A DNA stretch of 28,644 bases from Spirochaetaceae bacterium. Lineage in GTDB: Bacteria > Spirochaetota > Spirochaetia > DSM-2461. Positions 1 through 8,359 of the stretch are shown here, in pieces. Location of the stretch: assembly GCA_051531975.1 (NCBI GenBank), contig JAOPTT010000024.1, positions 1 through 28,644 of the forward strand, given 5' to 3'. Within the stretch, counting starts at the first letter, position 1; every line of letters begins with the position of its first letter. The position numbers were made by a program, and so were the translations under genes. Under the pieces are notes generated by a model. The model saw nothing but the letters and a program-made list of their open reading frames with translations, had not been told where the DNA came from and did no database searches.

Positions 1-1
1 C

Positions 2-1675
2 TAAAGTGATATCTTCATCTAAAGTGATATCTTCATCTAAAGTGATATCTTCATCTAAGTTAATTTCTTCATCAAAGTTGAACTCTTCATCTAAATTAAC
101 ATCTTCATCAATGTTAAAATCTTCATCTAAACTAATTTCATCACTTATATTAGTGTCTTCATCAAAGTTAAACTCTTCATCTAAATTAACATCTTCATCA
201 ATGTTAAAATCTTCATCTAAACTAATTTCATCACTTATATTGATATCTTCATCAAGACTAATTTCATCACTTATATTGATATCTTCATCAATGTTAAAAT
301 CTTCATCTAAACTAATTTCATCACTTATATTGATATCTTCATCAAGGTTCAACTCTTCTTCTAAACTAATTTCATCACTTATATTGATATCTTCATTAAG
401 GTTCAACTCTTCTTCTAAACTAATTTCATCACTTATATTAATATCTTCATTAAGGTTCAACTCTTCTTCTAGACTAATTTCATCACTTATATTGATATCT
501 TCATCAAGGTTCAACTCATCATCAAGACTAATTTCATCACTTAAATTGATATCTTCTTCAAGGTTTAACTCCTCATCTAAGTTTATATCATCAAGCTGGT
601 CTAAATTAAATTCACCATCAATATCAATATCATCTAGATTTATTTCATCACTTGATGCTTCAAATGCATGTTCTAAATCCTGAAGTTCATCCTCCATGGA
701 TATGGATTCTTCAGTTTGTAAATCCATCTCATTGCTTATGTCATCTATATCAAATTCACTTGTTACATCATCTGTTTTAAAATCAACAGTGGTTTCTTGT
801 TCTGTTTCGTCAGTAATTTCTACATCAATATCATTTTCATTCCCAAATGGATCATTACCTGGGAAATCTTCTTTACTAATTACAACATCATCTTCAGGAG
901 GATTATCTTTAAAATTATTTTTAGTATTTAGCTTTTCTTCTCTCATTTTTAATATTTGAGTTTCAGATAGTTCTGTTACTTTTGTAGTATCAATACCTGG
1001 TAATTCTTCAGAAAATTCATCCTCTTCAGAAGAAGTTAATGTTTCAAAAGCAGGGTCTTCTTCCATAAATATAGATGTATCTTCAAGCAGTGGATCATTT
1101 AATATCTCTTCAGATTGAACTTCATCTTCCGGCAGTATTTCAATCTGATCCCTATTAACATCTAACTCTTCTTTGTTTATAATCTCTTCTGTATCAATTT
1201 GTGCTAAAGGGTTATCAGTATCTATTTCTGAAGTTTCTTCAACAAGACTGTCTAAGTTATCAAGTTCATCAAATGTTAATGTTATTGAATCCTCTTCTAA
1301 ATCATTAAAGAAACCAGTTTGTTCTTCAGAAGTTGTTGGTTCAGCACTAGTTGGTTCAGTAGCAGTCTCAATCACTGGCGGTACAGGAGTTGTTGTACTT
1401 GGTATATTTTTAATTGCAGCAATTTCATTTTTTAAATCATGAATTTCACGACTCAGATTTATAAGTTCATGGTTTAGAGATTTTATTGCTTCAATAGAAT
1501 CAATTGGTAAACTCATAGGGTCTGTACTATCTTCAATTGAATCGAAGTCGTCTTCTTGGTTATCGTAATCATCCATCTCTTCATCAATTTCTACCTCTCC
1601 AGTTAAATCTGTTTTATCAGTAAATGTTCCGTAGAGCTCAAAATCATCAGGATTTTTAGTTAAATCTGCTGCCAT
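2..1675 (-). CDS. Large, highly acidic repeat-containing hypothetical protein (partial; 3' end lies beyond the left window edge; at least 558 codons)
   Basis: Manual translation from ATG at 1675 (GAGG SD upstream) is open without a stop to position 2: MAADLTKNPDDFELYG...IKSLNHELINLSREIHDLKNEIAAIK (coiled coil)...GFFNDLEEDSITLTFDELDNL...LDEDITLDEDITL. It is absent from the ORF track because no stop codon falls inside the window. Confidence 0.9.
   Translation of the reverse strand, partial: MAADLTKNPDDFELYGTFTDKTDLTGEVEIDEEMDDYDNQEDDFDSIEDSTDPMSLPIDSIEAIKSLNHELINLSREIHDLKNEIAAIKNIPSTTTPVPPVIETATEPTSAEPTTSEEQTGFFNDLEEDSITLTFDELDNLDSLVEETSEIDTDNPLAQIDTEEIINKEELDVNRDQIEILPEDEVQSEEILNDPLLEDTSIFMEEDPAFETLTSSEEDEFSEELPGIDTTKVTELSETQILKMREEKLNTKNNFKDNPPEDDVVISKEDFPGNDPFGNENDIDVEITDETEQETTVDFKTDDVTSEFDIDDISNEMDLQTEESISMEDELQDLEHAFEASSDEINLDDIDIDGEFNLDQLDDINLDEELNLEEDINLSDEISLDDELNLDEDINISDEISLEEELNLNEDINISDEISLEEELNLNEDINISDEISLEEELNLDEDINISDEISLDEDFNIDEDINISDEISLDEDINISDEISLDEDFNIDEDVNLDEEFNFDEDTNISDEISLDEDFNIDEDVNLDEEFNFDEEINLDEDITLDEDITLDEDITL
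5..580 (-). repeat. Coding tandem repeat: 32 degenerate 18-bp units (hexapeptide phi-D/E/S-D/E-D/E-phi-N/S/T) with higher-order structure
   Basis: Units read LDEELN, LEEDIN, LSDEIS, LDDELN, LDEDIN, ISDEIS, LEEELN, LNEDIN, ISDEIS ... LDEDFN, IDEDVN, LDEEFN ... LDEDIT x3. The plus strand shows ctaaagtgatatcttcat three times at 1-54. Confidence 0.95.
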
Positions 1676-1785
1676 ATTTATAGTACCTCATTACATTTTC
1701 GGTAATTGTGTTTAAAAAATTTAATCTTTATAAAATAATTCTAAATCAGTTTTCAATAACATTAAAGAAAAATGTATATTTTTTA

Positions 1786-1812
1786 TAAAGAATTTGCCTA
1801 TTACACCGTTAA
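1786..1812 (+). promoter_or_regulatory. Sigma28 (FliA)-like promoter upstream of the ftsB-like gene
   Basis: TAAA-N15-ACCGTTAA versus consensus TAAA-N15-GCCGATAA. The ATG follows 6 nt later with no SD. Confidence 0.5.
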
Positions 1813-1818
1813 ATATGT

Positions 1819-2253
1819 ATGTTTAAGAAAATTTCGTGGTCAATTTATGTTGGTTTTTCAGTTTATTGTATAATTTCACTATTTTCGGGTAGTGTTGGTT
1901 TTTCAAATATGAGAGCTTTAGACTACTTTAAAGCAAATATGATAACTCATGTTGAGGTTCTGCAAATGAAAAGTGCTAAGCTTGAAGATGAGATCCATCG
2001 TTTATCAAATGATGAGGATAGATTAAAACTTGCAGTGAGACCTATAGGTTATATTGAATCCGGTCAAAGCGTTGTAAAAATATTAAATAATAAAGTATCA
2101 AAATCTCTTTATGAGATAGATAGACAATTTGATACTCCTATTTTTGAACAAAATACTAATAGAATTTTACTTGTTTCTACCATGTTTTCTGCTATACTTT
2201 TTATAATATCTCTTTTAGTAGGAGTTTTACGTGATACTTTTAAAAGAAAATAG
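1819..2253 (+). CDS. Septum formation initiator family protein (FtsB/DivIC-like) with an extra C-terminal TM helix
   Basis: N-terminal TM, FSGSVGF (G..G motif), coiled coil LQMKSAKLEDEIHRL, then AVRPIGYIESGQ, which resembles the FtsB/DivIC 'AR..LG....GE' motif. Confidence 0.7.
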   Translation: MFKKISWSIYVGFSVYCIISLFSGSVGFSNMRALDYFKANMITHVEVLQMKSAKLEDEIHRLSNDEDRLKLAVRPIGYIESGQSVVKILNNKVSKSLYEIDRQFDTPIFEQNTNRILLVSTMFSAILFIISLLVGVLRDTFKRK

Positions 2254-2791
2254 CTTTGAGGAAATAGTAGAAAGATTAACAAATGGTGAAATTGTAATTG
2301 TTCCCTGCGATACAATATATGGTATTCTTGGTAGATCTCCAGATACTGATTCAGCTATTAGAAGTATTAAAGGTAGAGGCGAATTTAAACCTTTTTTACA
2401 TTTAGTATCTTCAATAATTCAATTTAATGAACTATCAATAATCCCATTTCCAGAAGATTTAGAAGAGTATTGGCCTGGTGCTTTAACAGTTGTTACAGCT
2501 GTAAAGTCAGGAGGCACTATTGCTTATAGACTTCCTTCAGATCCTTTTTTACAGGATATTGTCTCTCATATGGAATCACCATTATATTCAACAAGTGTTA
2601 ATATAAGTGGAGAAGCTCCAATGTGGAGAATTAAGGATATTATAGAACAGTTTGAAAATAAAGTAGATCTAATTGTTGATGGTGGAGATTATGAAAATCG
2701 TAAACCATCTACTGTCATTGATATAACAACTAGACCTTATAAAATTTTAAGGCAGGGTGCTCTAACCCTCCCATTAGAGTTAACTATATAG
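2231..2791 (+). CDS. tsaC: L-threonylcarbamoyladenylate synthase (Sua5/YrdC/TsaC family)
   Basis: PCDTIYGI, KGR..KP, WPGALT, STSVNISG, PSTVID and ILRQGA motifs. GTG start with GGAG SD, overlapping the upstream gene by 23 nt. Confidence 0.92.
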   Translation: MILLKENSFEEIVERLTNGEIVIVPCDTIYGILGRSPDTDSAIRSIKGRGEFKPFLHLVSSIIQFNELSIIPFPEDLEEYWPGALTVVTAVKSGGTIAYRLPSDPFLQDIVSHMESPLYSTSVNISGEAPMWRIKDIIEQFENKVDLIVDGGDYENRKPSTVIDITTRPYKILRQGALTLPLELTI

Positions 2792-2794
2792 ATA

Positions 2795-3604
2795 TTATTC
2801 TATAATTTTACCTTTCAAACCAGATTTCATAATATCGTTGTTTTGCAGAGTTTCTCTGTTTAACTTTTCTCTTTCATGTAGTAAATGTATAGGAACTTGA
2901 TAAGCTTCTTCTATTTTCTCATTAATTAGCATATCTTCTTTTTTCCCAATACTAACAGTTCCATCTTTATAGAATAAAGCTACATTATCGCAGAACTTCT
3001 TTGAAATATCTAAGTCATGTATAGAATAAATAATACTTATTTTATGTTCTTTAGCATATTGGATAACATATTTAAAGACTTTATCTTTCTGATGATTTTC
3101 TAATGCAAATACCGGTTCGTCCATTAATATAATTGGTGAGCCAAATAGTAGTGCAAAAGCTATAACAACTCTTTGCATTTCACCTTTACTTGCGCTATTT
3201 GTCTTTTTATTAAGAGACTCTTTTAATTCAAAAATATTAATTATCTCTTCAATTAATTTTTTATCAGCTTTCTTTGAATGGTGGCCATTGTTATAGACCA
3301 TTTCTAATAGATCGCCAATTGTCTCCTCTGTATCAAATTCCATATTTTGAAATATAATTGAAGCTTTACTGTTTAGTTCTTCTTCGTCGGTTATATCTTT
3401 TGTATTTTTATCAAGTAGTAGAATTTCTCCATTTTCTGGTAAAAGTCTACCTGCAGCTAATAACATTAGTGTAGATTTTCCAGTTCCATTCTGGCCAATA
3501 AATGTTGTAACTCCAGGTGGAATTTCTAATGATAAATTTTTAAAGACATCTTTATCTTCCTGGTATCCAAAAAGAATATTTTTAATAGATATTATGCTGC
3601 TCAT
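2795..3604 (-). CDS. ABC transporter ATP-binding protein (orphan, degenerate signature motif)
   Basis: Walker A GQNGTGKST, Q-loop IFQN, signature ASKGE (canonical LSGGQ), Walker B ILMDEP, H-switch SIHD. AGGAG SD. Confidence 0.9.
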   Translation of the reverse strand: MSSIISIKNILFGYQEDKDVFKNLSLEIPPGVTTFIGQNGTGKSTLMLLAAGRLLPENGEILLLDKNTKDITDEEELNSKASIIFQNMEFDTEETIGDLLEMVYNNGHHSKKADKKLIEEIINIFELKESLNKKTNSASKGEMQRVVIAFALLFGSPIILMDEPVFALENHQKDKVFKYVIQYAKEHKISIIYSIHDLDISKKFCDNVALFYKDGTVSIGKKEDMLINEKIEEAYQVPIHLLHEREKLNRETLQNNDIMKSGLKGKIIE

Positions 3605-3678
3605 TATTGCTCCTAGGCTAATTTATGATCTATTTTACTTAAAAAGATCAATCCTATGCAACAACTGATTAACTTGGC

Positions 3679-3707
3679 TTGATAAAACTATAAAAAAACT
3701 TCAAAAT
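3679..3707 (+). promoter_or_regulatory. Sigma70-like promoter of pfkA (probably leaderless transcript)
   Basis: TTGATA-N17-CAAAAT, with the ATG 6 nt downstream and no SD. Confidence 0.5.
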
Positions 3708-3713
3708 ATAAAT

Positions 3714-5036
3714 ATGAAGAAATTAGACTTTAGTATAGAAACATTAGGTCCTTGTAAGATTGAGTCACCTATTCCATTAAAAACTAATATGGATGAAGCT
3801 CATGCTTCTTTTGTTAATGATGACGAAAGAGTTCTCCACGAAATTGTCTATCATGAGGGTAGTTCAAAAAATCGTGAAGATTATATAAAAGATAATCTTA
3901 TGGAGAAGGCAGGACCAAGGAAACATATTTATTTCCAGTCAAATCATATTCATGCTGGAATCATAACTTGTGGTGGACTTTGTCCAGGATTAAATGATGT
4001 TATTCGTGCTATTGTTCGATCCTTATGGTACGAATATGGGGTCCGGAGAATAACTGGTATTCGTTATGGTTACCAAGGTCTAGATCCTAAACAGAATATG
4101 CCATTTAAAGAGTTAGATCCCGATGTCGTTGACGATATACATAAAATGGGTGGAACAATGCTAGGTTCTTCTAGAGGTGGACCATCAGTTGAAACTAGAG
4201 TTGATACCATAGAGCGTATGAATTTAAATATGTTATTTGTTATTGGTGGAGATGGTACTCAACGTGGTGCATTAGCAATGGCTGATGAGATCGAAAAAAG
4301 AGGCCTTAAAATAGCTATTATCGGTGTTCCAAAAACTATAGATAACGATATCGCATTTATTCAAAAGTCTTTTGGTGTGGAAACTGCTGTAGCAGAAGCT
4401 TTAAATGCTGTCTACTCAGCACATACAGAGGCTAAAGATGCCATAGATGGAATTGGTCTAGTTAAAGTAATGGGTCGAGAATCCGGCTTTATTGCCGCTC
4501 ATACAGCACTTGCAACAAATGATGCTAACTTTGTATTGGTACCTGAAGTTAAATTTGAATTAGATGGTCCTAATGGGCTTTTAGAAGCACTAGATAGAAG
4601 GCTAGAGAAAAAGTTCCATGCAGTTATCTTGGTGGCTGAAGGGGCAGGGCAGGAGTTATTAGATGGCTCTAACGATACTGATGCTTCAGGTAATAAGAAA
4701 CTTTCTGATATTGGTGTATTTTTAGCTAATGCAATAAAGACACATAGGAAGAAGATTGGGAAACCATCAAATCTTAAATATATAGATCCTAGTTACATGA
4801 TACGGGCAGCAGCAGCAACACCTAATGATTCCCTATATTGTGCTAGACTTGGTGGTAATGCAGTACATGCTGCTATGGCCGGTAAAACAAAAATGCTAAT
4901 TAGCATGTGGAACTATCATTTAGTGCATGTTCCTATAAGTCTTGCAATTTCAAATAGAAAGGTTTTAGATCCCAAGGGTCCACTTTGGAGAGATGTTTTA
5001 TCTACTACAAGAATGCCTTTATCGATGACAAATTAA
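3714..5036 (+). CDS. pfkA: ATP-dependent 6-phosphofructokinase (GGDG/PKTIDND type, group X)
   Basis: TCGGLCPGLN, IGGDGT, PKTIDND, MGRESGFIA and YIDPSYMIR motifs. Confidence 0.95.
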   Translation: MKKLDFSIETLGPCKIESPIPLKTNMDEAHASFVNDDERVLHEIVYHEGSSKNREDYIKDNLMEKAGPRKHIYFQSNHIHAGIITCGGLCPGLNDVIRAIVRSLWYEYGVRRITGIRYGYQGLDPKQNMPFKELDPDVVDDIHKMGGTMLGSSRGGPSVETRVDTIERMNLNMLFVIGGDGTQRGALAMADEIEKRGLKIAIIGVPKTIDNDIAFIQKSFGVETAVAEALNAVYSAHTEAKDAIDGIGLVKVMGRESGFIAAHTALATNDANFVLVPEVKFELDGPNGLLEALDRRLEKKFHAVILVAEGAGQELLDGSNDTDASGNKKLSDIGVFLANAIKTHRKKIGKPSNLKYIDPSYMIRAAAATPNDSLYCARLGGNAVHAAMAGKTKMLISMWNYHLVHVPISLAISNRKVLDPKGPLWRDVLSTTRMPLSMTN

Positions 5037-5058
5037 ATAAAACCAACTTTTAATAAAT

Positions 5059-5091
5059 AAAAAGCAACTAAGTATTCTTAGTTGCTTTTTT
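5059..5091. terminator. Bidirectional intrinsic terminator between convergent pfkA and pgi
   Basis: AAAAAGCAACTAAG-TATT-CTTAGTTGCTTTTT(T): perfect stem with A/T tracts on both sides. Confidence 0.9.
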
Positions 5092-5095
5092 ATTG

Positions 5096-6661
5096 TTATA
5101 TTAATATTGATGCATATGTACTAAGTACTTCATCCATTTGATTATTTAAAACTTTACCGGCTAATAATTTACCTAATTGAACACCCTCTTGATCAAAAGA
5201 GTTTATATTCCAAATAAAACCTTGAAACATTACTTTGTTCTCAAAATGAGCTAAAATTGCACCCATAATTTCTGGAGTTAATTTGTCAGCATAAAGTAGA
5301 GATATTGGTCTCTCTCCATCAAAGTTTTTATTTAGGTTTGTATCATCCTTACCAAGTCCCATTGCTGTCATCTGCGCAACAAGGTTTGCATTAAGTTTTT
5401 TCTCACTTGTTGAACCTTGGAATACAATGTCTGAATCAATTTGTGGAGTTTTAAAACCAATAAATTGAACTGGAATAATAGTTGTTGCTTGGTGGATATA
5501 TTGGAAAAATGAGTGTTGAGAGTTTGTCCCAGGTTCACCAAAAATAGAAGGTCCAGTTGAATAGTTAACTCTTTCACCAAATCGATTAACAGTTTTACCG
5601 TTACTTTCCATATCTAGTTGCTGTAGGTGAGCAGGGAATCTACACATTGATTCTGAATATGGAATTACAGCAGTATTTGTCATTTTTAATACATTATTTT
5701 CATAAACACCAATAAGTGCATCAGCTAAAGCTGCATTTTCAAAAATATTGCTGTTTAATGCTTGTTTATCAGCTTCTCTAGCTCCAGTTAAAAATCTTTC
5801 GAATATTTCTGTTCCTAATGCTAAAGATAATATACAGCCACCAACTGCACTAGTTGATGAATATCTACCACCAATATTATCATCTATAAAAAATGAATCT
5901 AGGTAGTTATCATCACCTGCTAAAGGACTTGTAGCAGATGTTACACAAACAAAATGTTTAAGAGGATTTAAACCTGTAATTTGAGCTTCTTCCATTTTAG
6001 TTAAAACAAATTTTTGATTAGTTAATGTTTCTTGTGTATTACCACTTTTTGAAACTAATACAAAAAGAGTTTTTTCAAAGTCTAAACCGTTTAATACATT
6101 GTTTGCATCATCAGGATCAACATTTGCTATAAAATGTGCAGCCATTACTGGAGTATCGTAGTTTTTTAGAGCTAAATACATAGCTCTTGGCCCTAAATCA
6201 GAACCACCAATTCCAACTTGTACTACAGTTTCAAATTTCTTTCCTGTGGAACCTAAAATATTTCCAGAGTGAACTTTTTTAACAAAATCATAAACCTTTG
6301 TTTTTTCTCCAGTGTAAAATTCTGTCATATCTTGACCATCAATTGATACAGAGTTAAGTTTTGTTTCTCGTGTATGGTGATGAAGAACCTTTCGACCTTC
6401 ACCAGTATTTATTACATCACCATTTAAAAGTGACGTATATTTTTCGATAAGTTGTTGTTCCTCTGCTAATCCTTGAAGAAGGTCTAAACATTTTGCATCT
6501 ACTTTTTTCCCAGCAAAGTTATAAGTTAACCCGGCACCTGCAGGCGCACTTAATTTGGAAATTCTAGTTGGGTTTAACTCACTTTTTATTGAGCAAACCG
6601 GAGTCTCTAATAATTGTTTGTAATTCTTTGACTCACTAAGATTTGTATAATTTATTGACAT
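5096..6661 (-). CDS. pgi: Glucose-6-phosphate isomerase
   Basis: GIGGSDLGP, SKSGNTQET, GGRYSSTSAVG, QQLDMESNGK, GTNSQHSFFQ and FDQEGVQLGK motifs. AGGAG SD. Confidence 0.97.
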   Translation of the reverse strand: MSINYTNLSESKNYKQLLETPVCSIKSELNPTRISKLSAPAGAGLTYNFAGKKVDAKCLDLLQGLAEEQQLIEKYTSLLNGDVINTGEGRKVLHHHTRETKLNSVSIDGQDMTEFYTGEKTKVYDFVKKVHSGNILGSTGKKFETVVQVGIGGSDLGPRAMYLALKNYDTPVMAAHFIANVDPDDANNVLNGLDFEKTLFVLVSKSGNTQETLTNQKFVLTKMEEAQITGLNPLKHFVCVTSATSPLAGDDNYLDSFFIDDNIGGRYSSTSAVGGCILSLALGTEIFERFLTGAREADKQALNSNIFENAALADALIGVYENNVLKMTNTAVIPYSESMCRFPAHLQQLDMESNGKTVNRFGERVNYSTGPSIFGEPGTNSQHSFFQYIHQATTIIPVQFIGFKTPQIDSDIVFQGSTSEKKLNANLVAQMTAMGLGKDDTNLNKNFDGERPISLLYADKLTPEIMGAILAHFENKVMFQGFIWNINSFDQEGVQLGKLLAGKVLNNQMDEVLSTYASILI

Positions 6662-6684
6662 GTTACTTTCTCCTATTTTATCTA

Positions 6685-6713
6685 AGTTTATTACTCTGAA
6701 AAATAAAAGTCTA
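6685..6713 (-). promoter_or_regulatory. Sigma70-like promoter of pgi
   Basis: TAGACT-N17-TAAACT on the minus strand, upstream of the SD. Confidence 0.5.
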
Positions 6714-6725
6714 TATACGGGATGT

Positions 6726-8351
6726 TTATTTTATTTGAAATAAATTTATATTAGAAATATTGAATGCATTTCCAGATGTTTCTCTATTACCAAAACCTAA
6801 TCTACCATTTAATTCAACAGGTATATTGAAGCTATCTAATATCTGAGTATCATCTATTTTCATAGTAAGTTTACCATCGGATATTTGCAGATAATAATCT
6901 CCATTAATACCATTTTCAGTTGATAAAGTATTAGTATAAAGAACCTCTGAATTTTCATCTAATCCGTTTTGTGTAATATTAACTAATACATTACTTAATC
7001 CAGTCTTAGTTAAGGAGATTATGACACCATCGGACCAACTTTTAAAACGTCCATTACCATAAAGAATTATTAGACACTCTCCATTGTTTTTGAAATCAGC
7101 ATTAAACAGTATTGTATTGTTGTTTCCAATAGAGTTTCTACTCCATGCTATAGAGTTAACTTTCATCCCATTAAATGCTAGCTGTTTACCTTCCGACGTC
7201 CAAAGTGCAGGTATGTGAACCCAACTTGTATCAATAGGTGTATCTGGTGTTAGAGTACTTCTAAATACGGTTTTCTCTTGTTTTGTAAGTTCTTCTCGCA
7301 GTTTTTTTTCTAACTCTTCAAGACTTAAACTTTTTTCTGCAGCAGCATCTAATTCTGCTTGTTCTAGTTCTGCTGCTGCATCTAGTTCTGCTTGCTCTCG
7401 TTCAGCAAGTGTCATCTCTTCATTTGTGAGATTTAACTCGTCTAACGCCTCTTGAAGTTTTAGGCTTTCACTTTCTCTAAGTGCGGCTAATTGTTCCTCA
7501 AGATCTTTTAACATCAGATCTTTTTGATTAGTTAATTGTGAGTTTAGATCAGTAGTATTGTTTTTATCAACAAGAGTTAAATATTTGTTAATTGTTGTTT
7601 TAAGTTTTTCAACAGATGAATTTGTAATAAGTAGATCTTTATCGTCTATATTACCTAAAAACTTATTTTCATTAACTAGTGTTGCTATATTTTTTAACCC
7701 TTCATGGTATTCATTGGATCTATCTAATAATTGTTGAGTAAAGTTTTTTGATAACGATGTTCGGTTTGTTTGTATGTTTTCTACTAAATCATCTAAATAT
7801 AATAAGCCTCGTCGATTTCTAAACGCGATATTTATTTCATTTATATCTTTTTCTGAAAAACTATTTGATGTTAAAGTATCTTGTAGTGTTGAGACATAAT
7901 TTGTAAATTCTTCATTTACCTGATCTAATTCAACTCCCATTCTACTATTACTTTCCATGAGTTCAGAGAGTTGTAACTGGTCATTCTGGGATTTCTTTTG
8001 TGCAACTCTTCTCTCATTTTCACTATTTTTAACCCTATCTTGAACAGCTTTAGATTCTTCTTCTAAAGCTCTAAGTTTATCTTCTATTGCCTTTAATTCA
8101 GCAGAATCAGTTGTAGTTGATCTCATATTTCTTAATCTTTCTGCTTCTAAAAGAATTTGTTTATTTCGTTCAATTAAAATCTGTTCATGGTCTGCAATAA
8201 GTTTAAATATTATATTTTCTATCTCTTTTTCTTGAATTGTAGGTTTTTTATCAATAAAATAATCATTATTTAAGTAGGTATATAAAAATGCATTTGACGC
8301 TACAAATAATGTAAGAACTATAAAAATTGGTATGTTTGTATTTACTTTCAT
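6726..8351 (-). CDS. Hypothetical membrane-anchored protein: N-terminal TM, long coiled-coil stalk, C-terminal beta-sandwich (ConA/DUF1080-like) domain
   Basis: Hydrophobic residues ~7-27, E/L/K/Q-rich helical region to about residue 360, and a beta-rich C-terminus ending GRLGFGN...FNISNINLF. Its GGAGG SD overlaps the cyclase stop codon. Confidence 0.8.
   Translation of the reverse strand: MKVNTNIPIFIVLTLFVASNAFLYTYLNNDYFIDKKPTIQEKEIENIIFKLIADHEQILIERNKQILLEAERLRNMRSTTTDSAELKAIEDKLRALEEESKAVQDRVKNSENERRVAQKKSQNDQLQLSELMESNSRMGVELDQVNEEFTNYVSTLQDTLTSNSFSEKDINEINIAFRNRRGLLYLDDLVENIQTNRTSLSKNFTQQLLDRSNEYHEGLKNIATLVNENKFLGNIDDKDLLITNSSVEKLKTTINKYLTLVDKNNTTDLNSQLTNQKDLMLKDLEEQLAALRESESLKLQEALDELNLTNEEMTLAEREQAELDAAAELEQAELDAAAEKSLSLEELEKKLREELTKQEKTVFRSTLTPDTPIDTSWVHIPALWTSEGKQLAFNGMKVNSIAWSRNSIGNNNTILFNADFKNNGECLIILYGNGRFKSWSDGVIISLTKTGLSNVLVNITQNGLDENSEVLYTNTLSTENGINGDYYLQISDGKLTMKIDDTQILDSFNIPVELNGRLGFGNRETSGNAFNISNINLFQIK
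7335..7400 (-). repeat. 33-bp (11-aa) imperfect tandem duplication within the coiled-coil stalk
   Basis: REQAELDAAAE / LEQAELDAAAE. Plus strand: ttctgcagcagcatctaattctgcttgttctag / ttctgctgctgcatctagttctgcttgctctcg. Confidence 0.85.
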
Positions 8352-8359
8352 AATTCCTC

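Noticed and set aside
1..580. Possible CRISPR array
   Set aside because: Units are contiguous, codon-phased 18-mers with no unique spacers and no cas genes; this is a coding repeat.
6..1442. Plus-strand Ser/Ile-rich ORFs 6-683, 696-959 and 1173-1442
   Set aside because: Antisense shadows of the D/E-rich minus-strand gene (GAT/GAA codons read as TCA/TCT/ATC on the opposite strand); no SD and implausible composition.
3714..5036. PPi-dependent PFK
   Set aside because: The motif is GGDG rather than GGDD, indicating ATP dependence despite PKTIDND.
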